Shown: piece by piece, positions 49,371-58,843 of the stretch | Numbering within the stretch: the stretch's first letter is position 1 | Layout: each line of letters starts with the position of its first letter | From: an uncultured Spirochaetota bacterium | GTDB lineage: Bacteria > Spirochaetota > Brevinematia > Brevinematales > JAOACQ01 | DNA: 64,000 bases | Direction of reading: 5' to 3' | Assembly (NCBI GenBank): GCA_963768055.1 | Contig: CAVYGN010000002.1 | Coordinates: 704,001-768,000 of the forward strand | Notes under the pieces: model-generated | Told to the model about the DNA's origin: nothing | Database searches by the model: none | What the model saw: only the letters and a program-made list of their open reading frames with translations | Position numbers and translations under genes: made by a program

Positions 49371-50183
49371 ATGATCTGTAAAAATATAAAAATATTCCTC
49401 AAAAAAGGCCTGAAGACCCTTTATTTCTTTCATGTAATTCTCATTATAGTAATATTTATCCTTTGTTCGCTTTTTGCAATAACAAACCTGGATATAGGGA
49501 CTTTGATGCTTTACAGGAAGATAAATAACCATTTTACAATTAAACCGATAAGTTTTATTCCCCTAAAAAAAATACCGAAACCGATTATTACCATGGTGAT
49601 AGCCGCTGAAGATTACAGGTTTTATGAAGAGTGGGGAATAGATCCGGATGGAATTCATGACGCTTTATACCTGAGAAATAACCTGAAAATGAAATACTAC
49701 GGCGGCAGTACAATAACCCAGCAGCTGGCCCGGACTCTTTTTCTGTTTCCCGATAAAACGTTTACCAGAAAGTATTTTGAAATAATTATTGCAATCGAAA
49801 TGGATGCATTCATGAAAAAAGAAAGGATACTTGAACTTTACCTTAACTCGATCGAATGGGGAAAGGGGGTATTCGGGATTGAAAACGCCTCCCTTTGCTA
49901 TTTTAAAAAAAGCGTCGATCAATTGAGTCTTGATGAAATGATAAGGCTCGTAACGATAATGCCCAGCCCTGTCAAGTATAATACCGATAATTTTAACTCC
50001 TACAAGGCTCTTTCCAGGAGATATGAATTTCTAAACCAGGTAATGGGTTTAACCAGTGATGATACGGCAAGTAGCACAAATGATGAAAGTACTGAAAGCA
50101 TCCTGAATACTCAAGGTATATCTAATACCGATCCAATTGAAAATAATGATGAAGATACTAATAATTCTGAAGCCGGAAGCTGA
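49371..50183 (+). CDS. mtgA: Monofunctional peptidoglycan transglycosylase (GT51)
   Basis: AAEDYRF, GGSTITQQLART, RKYFE, KERILELYLNSIEWG; acidic disordered tail. Confidence 0.88.
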   Translation: MICKNIKIFLKKGLKTLYFFHVILIIVIFILCSLFAITNLDIGTLMLYRKINNHFTIKPISFIPLKKIPKPIITMVIAAEDYRFYEEWGIDPDGIHDALYLRNNLKMKYYGGSTITQQLARTLFLFPDKTFTRKYFEIIIAIEMDAFMKKERILELYLNSIEWGKGVFGIENASLCYFKKSVDQLSLDEMIRLVTIMPSPVKYNTDNFNSYKALSRRYEFLNQVMGLTSDDTASSTNDESTESILNTQGISNTDPIENNDEDTNNSEAGS

Positions 50184-50185
50184 AT

Positions 50186-51112
50186 ATGAGACATATAGAT
50201 ATTTTGATTCATATCATTACTTTGTTCTCAGGGGTTATGACCGCGTTATTAGGTTTTCTATTGTATCTGAAATACAAAAGCAAGGCAATCCGGCACTATT
50301 CCCTTTTTATTTTAACCACAACTTTTACTGTTGCAACCACTACTTTGATGAGTTATTCATCACAGTTTGTAAACATTGACCAAAACTCCTGGCCTTTTAT
50401 GATTTCCTCACTGGTTTTCGCCTTTTTTATTGTATTGATCGGCTATGCATTTATAAGTTTTGCGCTGGGGATTATCAATAAACCGTTTTCCATGCTTAGC
50501 CGGATATTAACAGGGATACCCGCCCTATTAGTTTTATTGTCCCTCTTTGCAATACTGTATCAAAATTTGGGAAAAACCAGTGTTGTTTTTCCCGGGGCAG
50601 TAAATTTCTTTTATTATGGAAATCTGTTTTTCCTCTTTTTAAATTTTGTATTTTACAGCATCAGGATCATGTTCAATTTAAAATTCATGGATAATCTGGA
50701 TTTGAGGAGGGCTTTAAAGGTGTTAGCGCTTTTATTTATCGTATTTATACCTGTTCAGACTATGATCGTTATTTTTAACAGGCAGGTTTCTGTCATTATG
50801 CTGAGCCGCAATTTATTCTATTTCCTGGCCAATGTCCTCAGCATTATCTTTGCAGCGAAGTATTTTTTTCTAAAAACGCCGAATATTGCCGAGCGGTTTG
50901 ATTTGAACGACAGGTTTATTAACAATTTCGGAATTACGGACCGTGAAAAGGAGGTAATAGAACTCCTTATCGGCGGTAATTCAATAAAAGAGATCAGCGG
51001 AAAATTGAACCGCTCCTTTAAAACTATTAACAATCACATATATAATATTTATCAGAAAGCGAGGGTCAGCAGCAAACTGGAACTTCTGAACGTGATCAGA
51101 GATAACATATGA
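50186..51112 (+). CDS. Multi-pass membrane LuxR-family transcriptional regulator
   Basis: About 7 TM segments, then GITDREKEVIELL...SFKTINNHIYNIYQK. Confidence 0.9.
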   Translation: MRHIDILIHIITLFSGVMTALLGFLLYLKYKSKAIRHYSLFILTTTFTVATTTLMSYSSQFVNIDQNSWPFMISSLVFAFFIVLIGYAFISFALGIINKPFSMLSRILTGIPALLVLLSLFAILYQNLGKTSVVFPGAVNFFYYGNLFFLFLNFVFYSIRIMFNLKFMDNLDLRRALKVLALLFIVFIPVQTMIVIFNRQVSVIMLSRNLFYFLANVLSIIFAAKYFFLKTPNIAERFDLNDRFINNFGITDREKEVIELLIGGNSIKEISGKLNRSFKTINNHIYNIYQKARVSSKLELLNVIRDNI

Positions 51113-51140
51113 AGGGGCTATCCCTGGAGACAGCCCCTTA
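51112..51140. terminator. Hairpin between convergent genes (likely bidirectional terminator)
   Basis: AAGGGGCTATC-CCTG-GAGACAGCCCCTT. Confidence 0.6.
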
Positions 51141-51149
51141 TTGTTTAAA

Positions 51150-51731
51150 TTATTTACCCGAAAACGGAGGGTATTTATCGGTCAGAAACGACATGTACAT
51201 TGAAAGGCGCGTTGACCAGCGAATAGTGCCCACCTGGTAATTAAAAAACCCGTCGGGGTATTTTCCCGTAAACAGCACAACCCACCAGGCGAGGAACATG
51301 AGTACCAAACCCCATATTATCCTGAAGTACAGGCAGAAGCCATGCGGGATAAGGATGTAGAAAAACCCGAAAAGGAGCCTGAGAATAAGAGTCAGGCGGC
51401 TTAATTTTTCAGGATAGGGCGCCTCGAGGGTTACTGACGGATTGGACCCTCCCGGGCCGATCTGCGGGTATCCGTCTATCAGATTATAGACCGATGCGCT
51501 TAAACGGGCACTCCAGGATAAAAGTTTAACCTGGAATTCGTACCAGGACTTCGGATACTTTCCGGTAAAGAGGACTACCCAGAAAGCGAGAAACATTAGA
51601 ATCCCCGCCCAAATGGCAACAAAAAACATGATGAAAAAATGAGGAATGAGGATATAAAGCCAGCCGAAAAAAGTCCTCAACAGTAATTGTCCCCTGGAAA
51701 ACTTTTCCTGTTTTTTGATCGTGAATTCCAT
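51150..51731 (-). CDS. DUF4389 domain membrane protein
   Basis: Internal duplication of YILIPH...WVVLFTGKYP; ends TDKYPPFS. Confidence 0.88.
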   Translation of the reverse strand: MEFTIKKQEKFSRGQLLLRTFFGWLYILIPHFFIMFFVAIWAGILMFLAFWVVLFTGKYPKSWYEFQVKLLSWSARLSASVYNLIDGYPQIGPGGSNPSVTLEAPYPEKLSRLTLILRLLFGFFYILIPHGFCLYFRIIWGLVLMFLAWWVVLFTGKYPDGFFNYQVGTIRWSTRLSMYMSFLTDKYPPFSGK

Positions 51732-51836
51732 AATTACCTCCCTAGAAAATTATTTATAAAATATTAGATCATTTTAATTAATAAATATTTAATTGCAAGA
51801 TATATCTTGAATATTTTGTAAAAATATTTTGAAACC

Positions 51837-52283
51837 TTAACCCTTCTTATCGACGATCCCAGTGCTGCCAAAACCACCCGCGCCCCTTCCCGTTTCGGAT
51901 AATCCGGATGCTACTGTGAATTCTGCTTTTCCAACTTTCTGAACAATAAGTTGTGCGATCCGGTCGTTGTGATTTATTGTAAAATTCGTTCCGCTAAGGT
52001 TCATAAGTATCACTTTGATCTCGCCCCTGTAGTCAGCGTCTATTGTCCCGGGAGAATTAGGAAGGATTATACCCTTGGCCGCAAGACCGCTTCTCGGCCT
52101 TACCTGGGCTTCGAAACCTTCTGGAAGTTCGATCGAAATACCCGTAGGCACAAGCGTTATTCCCATGGGTGAGAGCAATAGCTCTTTATCCAGGCATGAA
52201 TACAGATCGGCCCCCGCGCTTTGAAGGGTCTTGTATTCCGGAAGCCTGGCGTTTTGATTTAGTTTTTTGACTTTTACTATCAT
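51837..52283 (-). CDS. dut: dUTP diphosphatase
   Basis: AGADL, RPRSGLA, GTIDADYRGEI, RIAQL, RGAGGFGSTG. Confidence 0.98.
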   Translation of the reverse strand: MIVKVKKLNQNARLPEYKTLQSAGADLYSCLDKELLLSPMGITLVPTGISIELPEGFEAQVRPRSGLAAKGIILPNSPGTIDADYRGEIKVILMNLSGTNFTINHNDRIAQLIVQKVGKAEFTVASGLSETGRGAGGFGSTGIVDKKG

Positions 52284-52322
52284 TTTTTGTTCTCCTGAAT
52301 TACCGTGTCCCCCCGGTTTCGA

Positions 52323-53180
52323 TTATGAATCTGATCTGTTGACAATTATATTATCAATCAATCTTGTATTACCTATATAAACAGCGGCGGCGATAAGGAC
52401 TTTGTTTTCAAGAATTTCGATATCCGAAAGGGATTCGGGATCGGCGATCGAGATATAATCGACCCTGGAACCGGTCGAATTCGTTAAGATAAAATCCTCG
52501 ATTTTTCCGATGATTACCTGAGAACGCTTTTCTCCGCCGAGTATGAGATCTTCTCCAAGTTTAAGTGCGCGATATATTGCTGAAGCTTCGTCTTTTTGTT
52601 TATCGGTCAGGTATTTGTTCCTTGAACTCATGGCCAGGCCGTTAGTCTCCCGGACGATGGGAATTATCTTTATTTCGGTTGAAAAATTAAGGTCTGCAGC
52701 CATTCTCTTTATTATAAGGGCCTGCTGGTAGTCCTTTTGGCCGAAATATGCCGTATGGGGTATTGTTATATTAAAAAGTTTAGCGACTACCGTTGCAACC
52801 CCCCTGAAATGCCCCTCGCGCTTGAGCCCGCAAAGATGCCGGGGCAGATTTTTGAGATCGATATAAGTTTCGAAAAAACTTCCATACATCTGTTCAGAGG
52901 ATGGTAAAAACAGGTAATCCGTATTTTCATGTTTTAAAAGAATAGAATCCTGTTCAAGTGTACGGGGATATTTATTGAAATCCTCATTCGGACCGAATTG
53001 AATAGGATTTACAAAAATGCTGACGGTTACGATTTCGTTTTCTCTCCGGGCAGCCCTGACAAGGCTTAGATGTCCGTCATGCAGAGCGCCCATTGTGGGC
53101 ACAAGGCCTATTTTTTTACCCGAAAAGATTTCGTTCCTTGTAATTGAGGACATTTCCGAAATATTTTCGACGATCTTCAT
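52323..53180 (-). CDS. panC: Pantoate--beta-alanine ligase
   Basis: VPTMGALHDGH, FVNPIQF, HFRGVATVV, FGQKDYQQ, GLAMSSRN, RLIDN. Confidence 0.98.
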   Translation of the reverse strand: MKIVENISEMSSITRNEIFSGKKIGLVPTMGALHDGHLSLVRAARRENEIVTVSIFVNPIQFGPNEDFNKYPRTLEQDSILLKHENTDYLFLPSSEQMYGSFFETYIDLKNLPRHLCGLKREGHFRGVATVVAKLFNITIPHTAYFGQKDYQQALIIKRMAADLNFSTEIKIIPIVRETNGLAMSSRNKYLTDKQKDEASAIYRALKLGEDLILGGEKRSQVIIGKIEDFILTNSTGSRVDYISIADPESLSDIEILENKVLIAAAVYIGNTRLIDNIIVNRSDS

Positions 53181-53181
53181 C

Positions 53182-55005
53182 TCATTTACCGTTTTTTTCA
53201 GACCTGTATTTTAATGCTGCGGTGATGAACGATTTAAAAATAGGGTGGGGTTCGATGGGTGACGATTTGAACTCGGGATGGAATTGGCCGCCTAAAAACC
53301 AGGGATGATCGGCGATTTCAGCCATCTCTACCAATCCGGATTCCGCAAAGGCGCTGAAGGAAAGCCCGTTTTTCTCAAGGATTTCAATATATTCCGGATT
53401 GACTTCATAACGATGTCTGTGCCTTTCTTCTATTTCCTCTTTTTGGTAAACCTGAAAAGCGAGAGTGCCTTTTTTTACCCTGGATTTCGCAGCCCCTTTT
53501 CTCATGGTCCCGCCCATATAATTTACACCCTTCAAGTTTGCAAGAAGTTCTATGACGGGTTCTTCAGTTGTCGGTTCAAATTCTCTGGAATGGGCGTTTA
53601 CGATCCCGCAGACATTCCTTGCATATTCTATCACAGAACATTGCATGCCCAGGCATATCCCGAGGAAGGGGATCTTCTTTTCCCTGGCGAAAGTTACGGC
53701 TTTGATCTTTCCTTCCACCCCGCGGTTTCCGAAGCCTCCCGGGATTAATATACCGTCAATTTCTTCGGAAAGGAGGCCCCTGTAATCAATAAATTTAAGG
53801 ATGCTCCGTATCCTGTTTTTATTTTCCTCGCTCGTATCCTCTGCCAGTTCAAAATAATTACTGCTTGAGTCTTTCTGGTAAACGCTGCATAAGAAGTCCC
53901 TGTCCCCTTCATTCGGTATCCGGCTCAATATATTGTTATCAAAATGATCGACTATCGCCCTTTTAAGAATTCCATCCTCGAATATTTCGCCTTCATAATG
54001 TTCTGCGTCGATCTTTTTTACACGGACGTGAACCTTGTTCGCTATTCCCCCATGTGTAAGCGCTGCATCGACGCTTTTATAAGTATCTTCAAGATTAATA
54101 TATTTACCTATTAGAGCAATAGTTACACAGTCAGTTGAATTATTGCAGATCTCCACCATCCTTGTCCATTTCACAAGGTCCGGTTTCCTGTTGGGAAGGC
54201 CGAGCTTTTCGAGGATCATATGATCCGCCCCTTGGCGGTGGAAAACAAGAGGAACTTCATATACTGTGCCGCTTACATCGACCGCAGAAAAAATATTTTC
54301 TTCCTCGATGTTGCAGAACAATGCCATCTTTGTTTTTACGGAAGGGGGCAGCATGGTTTCCGAACGGCAGAATAGGAAATCAGGCTGAATTCCCATAGAC
54401 ATCAAAGCCTTCACCGAATGCTGGGATGGTTTAGTTTTAAATTCCCCTGAACCTTTAATAGTCGGTACGAGAGTCAGGTGTGCGAATTTAACGTTGCTTT
54501 TTCCCTCTTCGATTGTAAATTGTCTCACAGCCTCGATAAAGGGAAGTCCCTCAATATCCCCGACAGTACCGCCAAGCTCGATGATAATGATATCAGAATT
54601 GGACCCTTCGTCAAGAATGCGTATTCTTCTCTTAATTTCATCAGTAATGTGGGGTATGACCTGGACTGTCTGGCCTAAATAATCCCCTCTTCTTTCAGAA
54701 TCGATGACATTCTGATAAACCTGCCCGGTCGTAAGACTGGAAAGCTTTGATGTTTCTATTCGGACATATCTCTCGTAATTGCCGAGATCCAGATCGGTTT
54801 CAGCCCCGTCATTTGTCACATAAACTTCACCATGCTGGTATGGACTCATTGTCCCGGCGTCCACGTTCAGATACGGATCGATTTTCATCATGTTTATCTT
54901 GAACCCCGATGCTTTCAAAAGTACGCCGATGGACGCTGCGGTGATGCCTTTTCCAAGGGAGGAACAAACCCCGCCGGTGACGAAAATATATTTTTTAATA
55001 CCCAT
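53182..55005 (-). CDS. pyrG: CTP synthase (with an internal insertion)
   Basis: TGGVCSSLGKG, KIDPYLNVDAGTMSP, KTKPSQ, PGGFG, GICLGMQ, ERHRHRYE, QFHPEF; 607 aa. Confidence 0.97.
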   Translation of the reverse strand: MGIKKYIFVTGGVCSSLGKGITAASIGVLLKASGFKINMMKIDPYLNVDAGTMSPYQHGEVYVTNDGAETDLDLGNYERYVRIETSKLSSLTTGQVYQNVIDSERRGDYLGQTVQVIPHITDEIKRRIRILDEGSNSDIIIIELGGTVGDIEGLPFIEAVRQFTIEEGKSNVKFAHLTLVPTIKGSGEFKTKPSQHSVKALMSMGIQPDFLFCRSETMLPPSVKTKMALFCNIEEENIFSAVDVSGTVYEVPLVFHRQGADHMILEKLGLPNRKPDLVKWTRMVEICNNSTDCVTIALIGKYINLEDTYKSVDAALTHGGIANKVHVRVKKIDAEHYEGEIFEDGILKRAIVDHFDNNILSRIPNEGDRDFLCSVYQKDSSSNYFELAEDTSEENKNRIRSILKFIDYRGLLSEEIDGILIPGGFGNRGVEGKIKAVTFAREKKIPFLGICLGMQCSVIEYARNVCGIVNAHSREFEPTTEEPVIELLANLKGVNYMGGTMRKGAAKSRVKKGTLAFQVYQKEEIEERHRHRYEVNPEYIEILEKNGLSFSAFAESGLVEMAEIADHPWFLGGQFHPEFKSSPIEPHPIFKSFITAALKYRSEKNGK

Positions 55006-55174
55006 ACAGGCTCCCGACAATGACAATTTATATTATCTCAATATTGAAGAAAAAGCAAAAGATTTACAGGGACGGTAAACCACAGGGATTAAGACTTTAT
55101 GTGAACCCGATAAAATTTTCAAATTTGGCTTTTATTATTTATAATATAAGCAGGCGATATATTTATGGTGTTAT

Positions 55175-55603
55175 ATGATATTTAAATTTACTATATCCGG
55201 AAAAGAGGAAGAAGTAGTACAGTTTGAAAAAGAACTGCTTGATATTCTCCAAAAAATCACGGGAAATAAGGGAATGCTGGCTTATGAAATTCACTTCTGC
55301 GTACATGAGGCTATTCTGAACGTTATTCAGCATACTTATAAATGGAACCTGGAACAACCGATCGATATCCGGATCGATGTGACAAAGGTTAATTCATCGT
55401 CGCAGGAGCTGGAAATATCGATAAGGGATTACGGACCGAAAATAGAAAAACCTATAACTCCGCCCAAACATATCGGCCGGTTTCAACTGAGGAAAAGAGG
55501 GCTTTACATGATCAGTAAAATTATGGATGATTGCACTATAGAGCCCCAGGTTAAAGGCGGAAACATGACTTATATGAAAAAATTATTAGTTAATTCGAAT
55601 TAA
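55175..55603 (+). CDS. RsbW/SpoIIAB-like anti-sigma factor (HATPase_c_2)
   Basis: HEAILNVIQH (N box), IRDYG (G1), RGLYMISKIMD; adjacent to a STAS gene. Confidence 0.82.
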   Translation: MIFKFTISGKEEEVVQFEKELLDILQKITGNKGMLAYEIHFCVHEAILNVIQHTYKWNLEQPIDIRIDVTKVNSSSQELEISIRDYGPKIEKPITPPKHIGRFQLRKRGLYMISKIMDDCTIEPQVKGGNMTYMKKLLVNSN

Positions 55604-55622
55604 TAAATCAAGGAGATCTGTT

Positions 55623-55997
55623 TTGGATGGAAAACTTAATATCAAAGTGTCCATTTATAAGGAAATAATTGCAATAGTAAACTTCTCAGGCGAGTTTACG
55701 GTTTTTGTTCAGGAATTTGAGCTTTTATACAAGGAGCTGCTGGCTTATATAAAATCAGGGATTTACCGTTTCATTTTAAATCTGGACGGCCTGTCTTACA
55801 TCGATTCTTCGGGGATCGGCGTTATTATGCGCCTGGCGACGAATGCTTCAAAACACAATTCATTGATCTGCGTCATCTGCGACCAGCCCCAGATCCTCAA
55901 AATTCTCGGCATTTCGAATGTGGATAAGATCGTCCATTTTGTCGGGAGCGCTGAGGATGGCATATCGTATTACAAATCGGTGAATAATTTCGAATAG
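55623..55997 (+). CDS. STAS-domain anti-anti-sigma factor (RsbV/SpoIIAA-like)
   Basis: ILNLDGLSYIDSSGIGVI with the phospho-acceptor Ser; TTG start with AGGAG SD. Confidence 0.9.
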   Translation: MDGKLNIKVSIYKEIIAIVNFSGEFTVFVQEFELLYKELLAYIKSGIYRFILNLDGLSYIDSSGIGVIMRLATNASKHNSLICVICDQPQILKILGISNVDKIVHFVGSAEDGISYYKSVNNFE

Positions 55998-56091
55998 CAT
56001 CACAGCCAAGCCGTAAAAAACTCCCACACGCCTAAAAAAAATCGTAAAATGACCGAAAAATAAAGAACGGCCCCGCGGAGGTTGTTTTTTT

Positions 56092-57630
56092 ATGAATAGG
56101 TCCATTGTGTCGATTTGCCTGCTTTTATTCTGCAGTTCTCTTGTCCATACCTTAAAACCCTTTACTACCGAAAGCATACTGCTCCTGGAAAGCCGGGATA
56201 TTAAGGTTTTTCAAATGGAAAACCTGAATCTCAAGAAATTGAATCAGAGGTATGTATTTCAGATCAATGAAAACACTAATTATGATATCAATTCTTACGA
56301 TCTTTACCTTGATTTCGAAAATCCGAGTCTTTCATTGATCAATTACAATATTATTTATTCGAAATTCGAAATGAATAAATACCAGAGCGTCAACGGAAAT
56401 TATTCGGGTAAATTTTACTTTTCGGATAATTATATTTCACTGCTGCCTCTGCCGACATCGATTTTTGCGCCAGGTAATATTATAGGCAGTTTTACGATCG
56501 ATTTCTGGCTTTACACATACAAAAATTATGATAATCAATATGTAATTAAGTATATCGGTAACAATCTTTCGGATGAAAAAGATAAAAATATTTACGGATT
56601 TTCTATTTTTATTAAAAACAGCAGGGTAGTATATCAGTTCCAGAATTTTTTCTTTAATGAAAAAAAAGAATCCGTTTCCCTCGAGATTAAAGATGAGGAA
56701 AATATCGTTCTTAATAAATGGGAGCATCATGCCCTGACCTTTGATATTAAAAGCGGGAAAATTTCTGTCTATAAAAATGATATGGAACAGGATGTCAAAT
56801 GGGTGACTGAAAATGGTTCGCCTTTATCGGAGGTATTGACCCCAAGAATAAAGGAGGAAATGAGCGCTCCTTTTCTGATAGGTAAGGGCTCGTTTTTTTC
56901 AATGGACAACTTTAAGATCGGGAGATATACAGCGAACGGGTTCGATTTGAAAAAATTCAATACAGGGAATTCTTATTTGATAACGGACGTATATAAGTAC
57001 TCAACGAATAAATCTGTTTTAAAAAAACTGTCTTACCAGGCGGATAGGCCGGATTACTCATTTATCAAGTTCTCTTACAGGATTTCCGATTCATATTTTC
57101 TGCCTGACGATAAAAACATCAAATGGGTTTTCCTTCAAAACGGCTCCGAGAATTTCCCTGAAAACCTGAATACTGGAAAATATATACAATTTATGCTCCA
57201 GATCTTTCCCTATGAAAATGAGGATAAAGAAATAAATATTTATTCGATAAAATTGGATTATTCTGAAAACAACTCTCCCGCAAGTCCTGTAATATCCGGT
57301 GCAGAGCCTATGGACGGTAAAATCCTCCTGACCTGGATACCTACCCCGGAGGACGATATTACGGGATATGAGATCTATTACGGCAATATGATTGGAGATT
57401 ATATCTGCGGGGATGCCGCTGAGGGAAAATCGCCGATCTTTGTCGTAGCGACTGAACCGGGTAAAATAAACCCCGTTACTTATTTAATGACCGGGCTTGT
57501 CAACGAAAGGCCTTATTTCATATCTGTCAGAAGCGTAGATAACAGCGGGCATAAGAGCCCCTATTCAAAAGAAGTATATGTAAGGCCAAGTTCAATTTAT
57601 AACAATGACAAATATAGTGTGGGAAGATAG
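56092..57630 (+). CDS. Exported LamG-like (ConA) + fibronectin type III protein
   Basis: SFTIDFWLY and NKWEHHALTFD (LamG-like); ILLTW..P..DITGYEIYYG...GLVNERPYFISVRSVD (FN3). Confidence 0.8.
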   Translation: MNRSIVSICLLLFCSSLVHTLKPFTTESILLLESRDIKVFQMENLNLKKLNQRYVFQINENTNYDINSYDLYLDFENPSLSLINYNIIYSKFEMNKYQSVNGNYSGKFYFSDNYISLLPLPTSIFAPGNIIGSFTIDFWLYTYKNYDNQYVIKYIGNNLSDEKDKNIYGFSIFIKNSRVVYQFQNFFFNEKKESVSLEIKDEENIVLNKWEHHALTFDIKSGKISVYKNDMEQDVKWVTENGSPLSEVLTPRIKEEMSAPFLIGKGSFFSMDNFKIGRYTANGFDLKKFNTGNSYLITDVYKYSTNKSVLKKLSYQADRPDYSFIKFSYRISDSYFLPDDKNIKWVFLQNGSENFPENLNTGKYIQFMLQIFPYENEDKEINIYSIKLDYSENNSPASPVISGAEPMDGKILLTWIPTPEDDITGYEIYYGNMIGDYICGDAAEGKSPIFVVATEPGKINPVTYLMTGLVNERPYFISVRSVDNSGHKSPYSKEVYVRPSSIYNNDKYSVGR

Positions 57631-57634
57631 ATAA

Positions 57635-58501
57635 TTACTTGATTATTTCAGTGCCTACTCCGGCGCTGGTTAGAAGTTCCAGGATCAGCGAATGTTCTAT
57701 TGTTCCGTCTATAATATGGACTTTTTCAACCCCATGATTAAGGGATTTTAATGCGGATTCAACCTTTGGGAGCATTCCCTTATCGATTATCCCGTCCTTA
57801 ATCAGTTTCTTTATTCCGGCGCCGTCGATAGCCGGGATAAAGGTGTTTTCATCGTTTAAATCGGAATATATTCCTTTGATATCCGTCATATAAATAAGTT
57901 TCGAGGCTTTCAAGCTGATCGCTATTTCGCCCGCTGCTGTGTCGGCATTTATGTTGAAGGCTTCGCCGTCGCTTCCTGCTGCTACGGGCGACACTACAGG
58001 AATGTATCCCTTTTCAATTAAAGTAAGCAGTAATTCCGGGTTGATTTTGATAATCGAACCTACCCTCCCGAGTTTATGGTCCTTTTTTTCCGCCACTATC
58101 AACTTTCCATCCCTGCCTGAAATCCCGGCGGCTTTTCCCCCTTTCGAATTGATCCGGGCCGTAATTTCCTTGTTTATAGAACCGCTGAGCACCATTTCGG
58201 TAATTTCCATCGTCTCCGTGTCTGTGACCCTATGGCCCGATATAAAAACAGCTTCCTTTCCCAATTTCCCCATTAATGTTGTTATATGAGGCCCGCCTCC
58301 ATGGACTAAAACTATATTAATGCCGATGAATTTTAACAAAACAAGGTCCTGGATAACCTTTCCCTTTAGGACGGGATCCTCCATAGCGTTTCCGCCATAT
58401 TTGATAATAATGGTTTTATTATGGAATTCTTCGATGTAAGGCAGGGCTTCGATAATAATGCGGGCTTTTTCAATAAATTCTTTTTTCAATTTAACCCCCA
58501 T
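57635..58501 (-). CDS. argB: Acetylglutamate kinase
   Basis: EALPYI, IKYGGNAM, VHGGGP, RVTD, NINADTAA, GMLPKV; start is ATG 58501 or TTG 58489. Confidence 0.97.
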   Translation of the reverse strand: MGVKLKKEFIEKARIIIEALPYIEEFHNKTIIIKYGGNAMEDPVLKGKVIQDLVLLKFIGINIVLVHGGGPHITTLMGKLGKEAVFISGHRVTDTETMEITEMVLSGSINKEITARINSKGGKAAGISGRDGKLIVAEKKDHKLGRVGSIIKINPELLLTLIEKGYIPVVSPVAAGSDGEAFNINADTAAGEIAISLKASKLIYMTDIKGIYSDLNDENTFIPAIDGAGIKKLIKDGIIDKGMLPKVESALKSLNHGVEKVHIIDGTIEHSLILELLTSAGVGTEIIK

Positions 58502-58502
58502 G

Positions 58503-58551
58503 AAAAAAAATGGGCTGTCCCAGGCGAACTTATCGCGCAAGAGACAACCCG
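58503..58551 (-). terminator. Intrinsic terminator downstream of tRNA-Pro
   Basis: Minus strand GGGTTGTCTC...GGGACAGCCC followed by A and T8. Confidence 0.65.
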
Positions 58552-58557
58552 GACAAT

Positions 58558-58633
58558 TCGGGGTGGTGAGATTCGAACTCACGGCCCCTACCACCCCAAG
58601 GTAGTGCGCTAAACCAAACTGCGCTACACCCCG
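58558..58633 (-). tRNA. tRNA-Pro(GGG)
   Basis: CGGGGTG/CACCCCG-A acceptor, anticodon arm CTACC-TTGGGGT-GGTAG, GTTCGAA; upstream TTGACT-17-TAGAAT promoter (58677-58649). Confidence 0.96.
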
Positions 58634-58843
58634 ATAAATCAGATAAATATTCTAATTTTGAAGCATTTAAAAGTCAAATCCCTGTTAAAAATACCTTTTT
58701 CTCGTGATTAGAGGATGAATAACGATCTGGAACCGCAGATTAAGTCCTGTAAGGATTCAATTTAAATTTACTAGCCATTAGTTTATTAATATCTGTACCT
58801 AATTACTCCGGTATATATGAGCACCAGTATTGTTTTCTGCCGC

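Noticed and set aside
53776..53990. PyrG insertion as an intein or intron
   Set aside because: Too short, in frame, no Cys/Ser start with His-Asn end, no endonuclease motifs
58502..58594. N-terminal extension of argB in the ORF track
   Set aside because: Overlaps tRNA-Pro and its terminator; homology starts at about 58489-58501
26874..58633. tRNAs as prophage or island attachment sites
   Set aside because: No integrase and no duplicated tRNA 3' ends seen in the window
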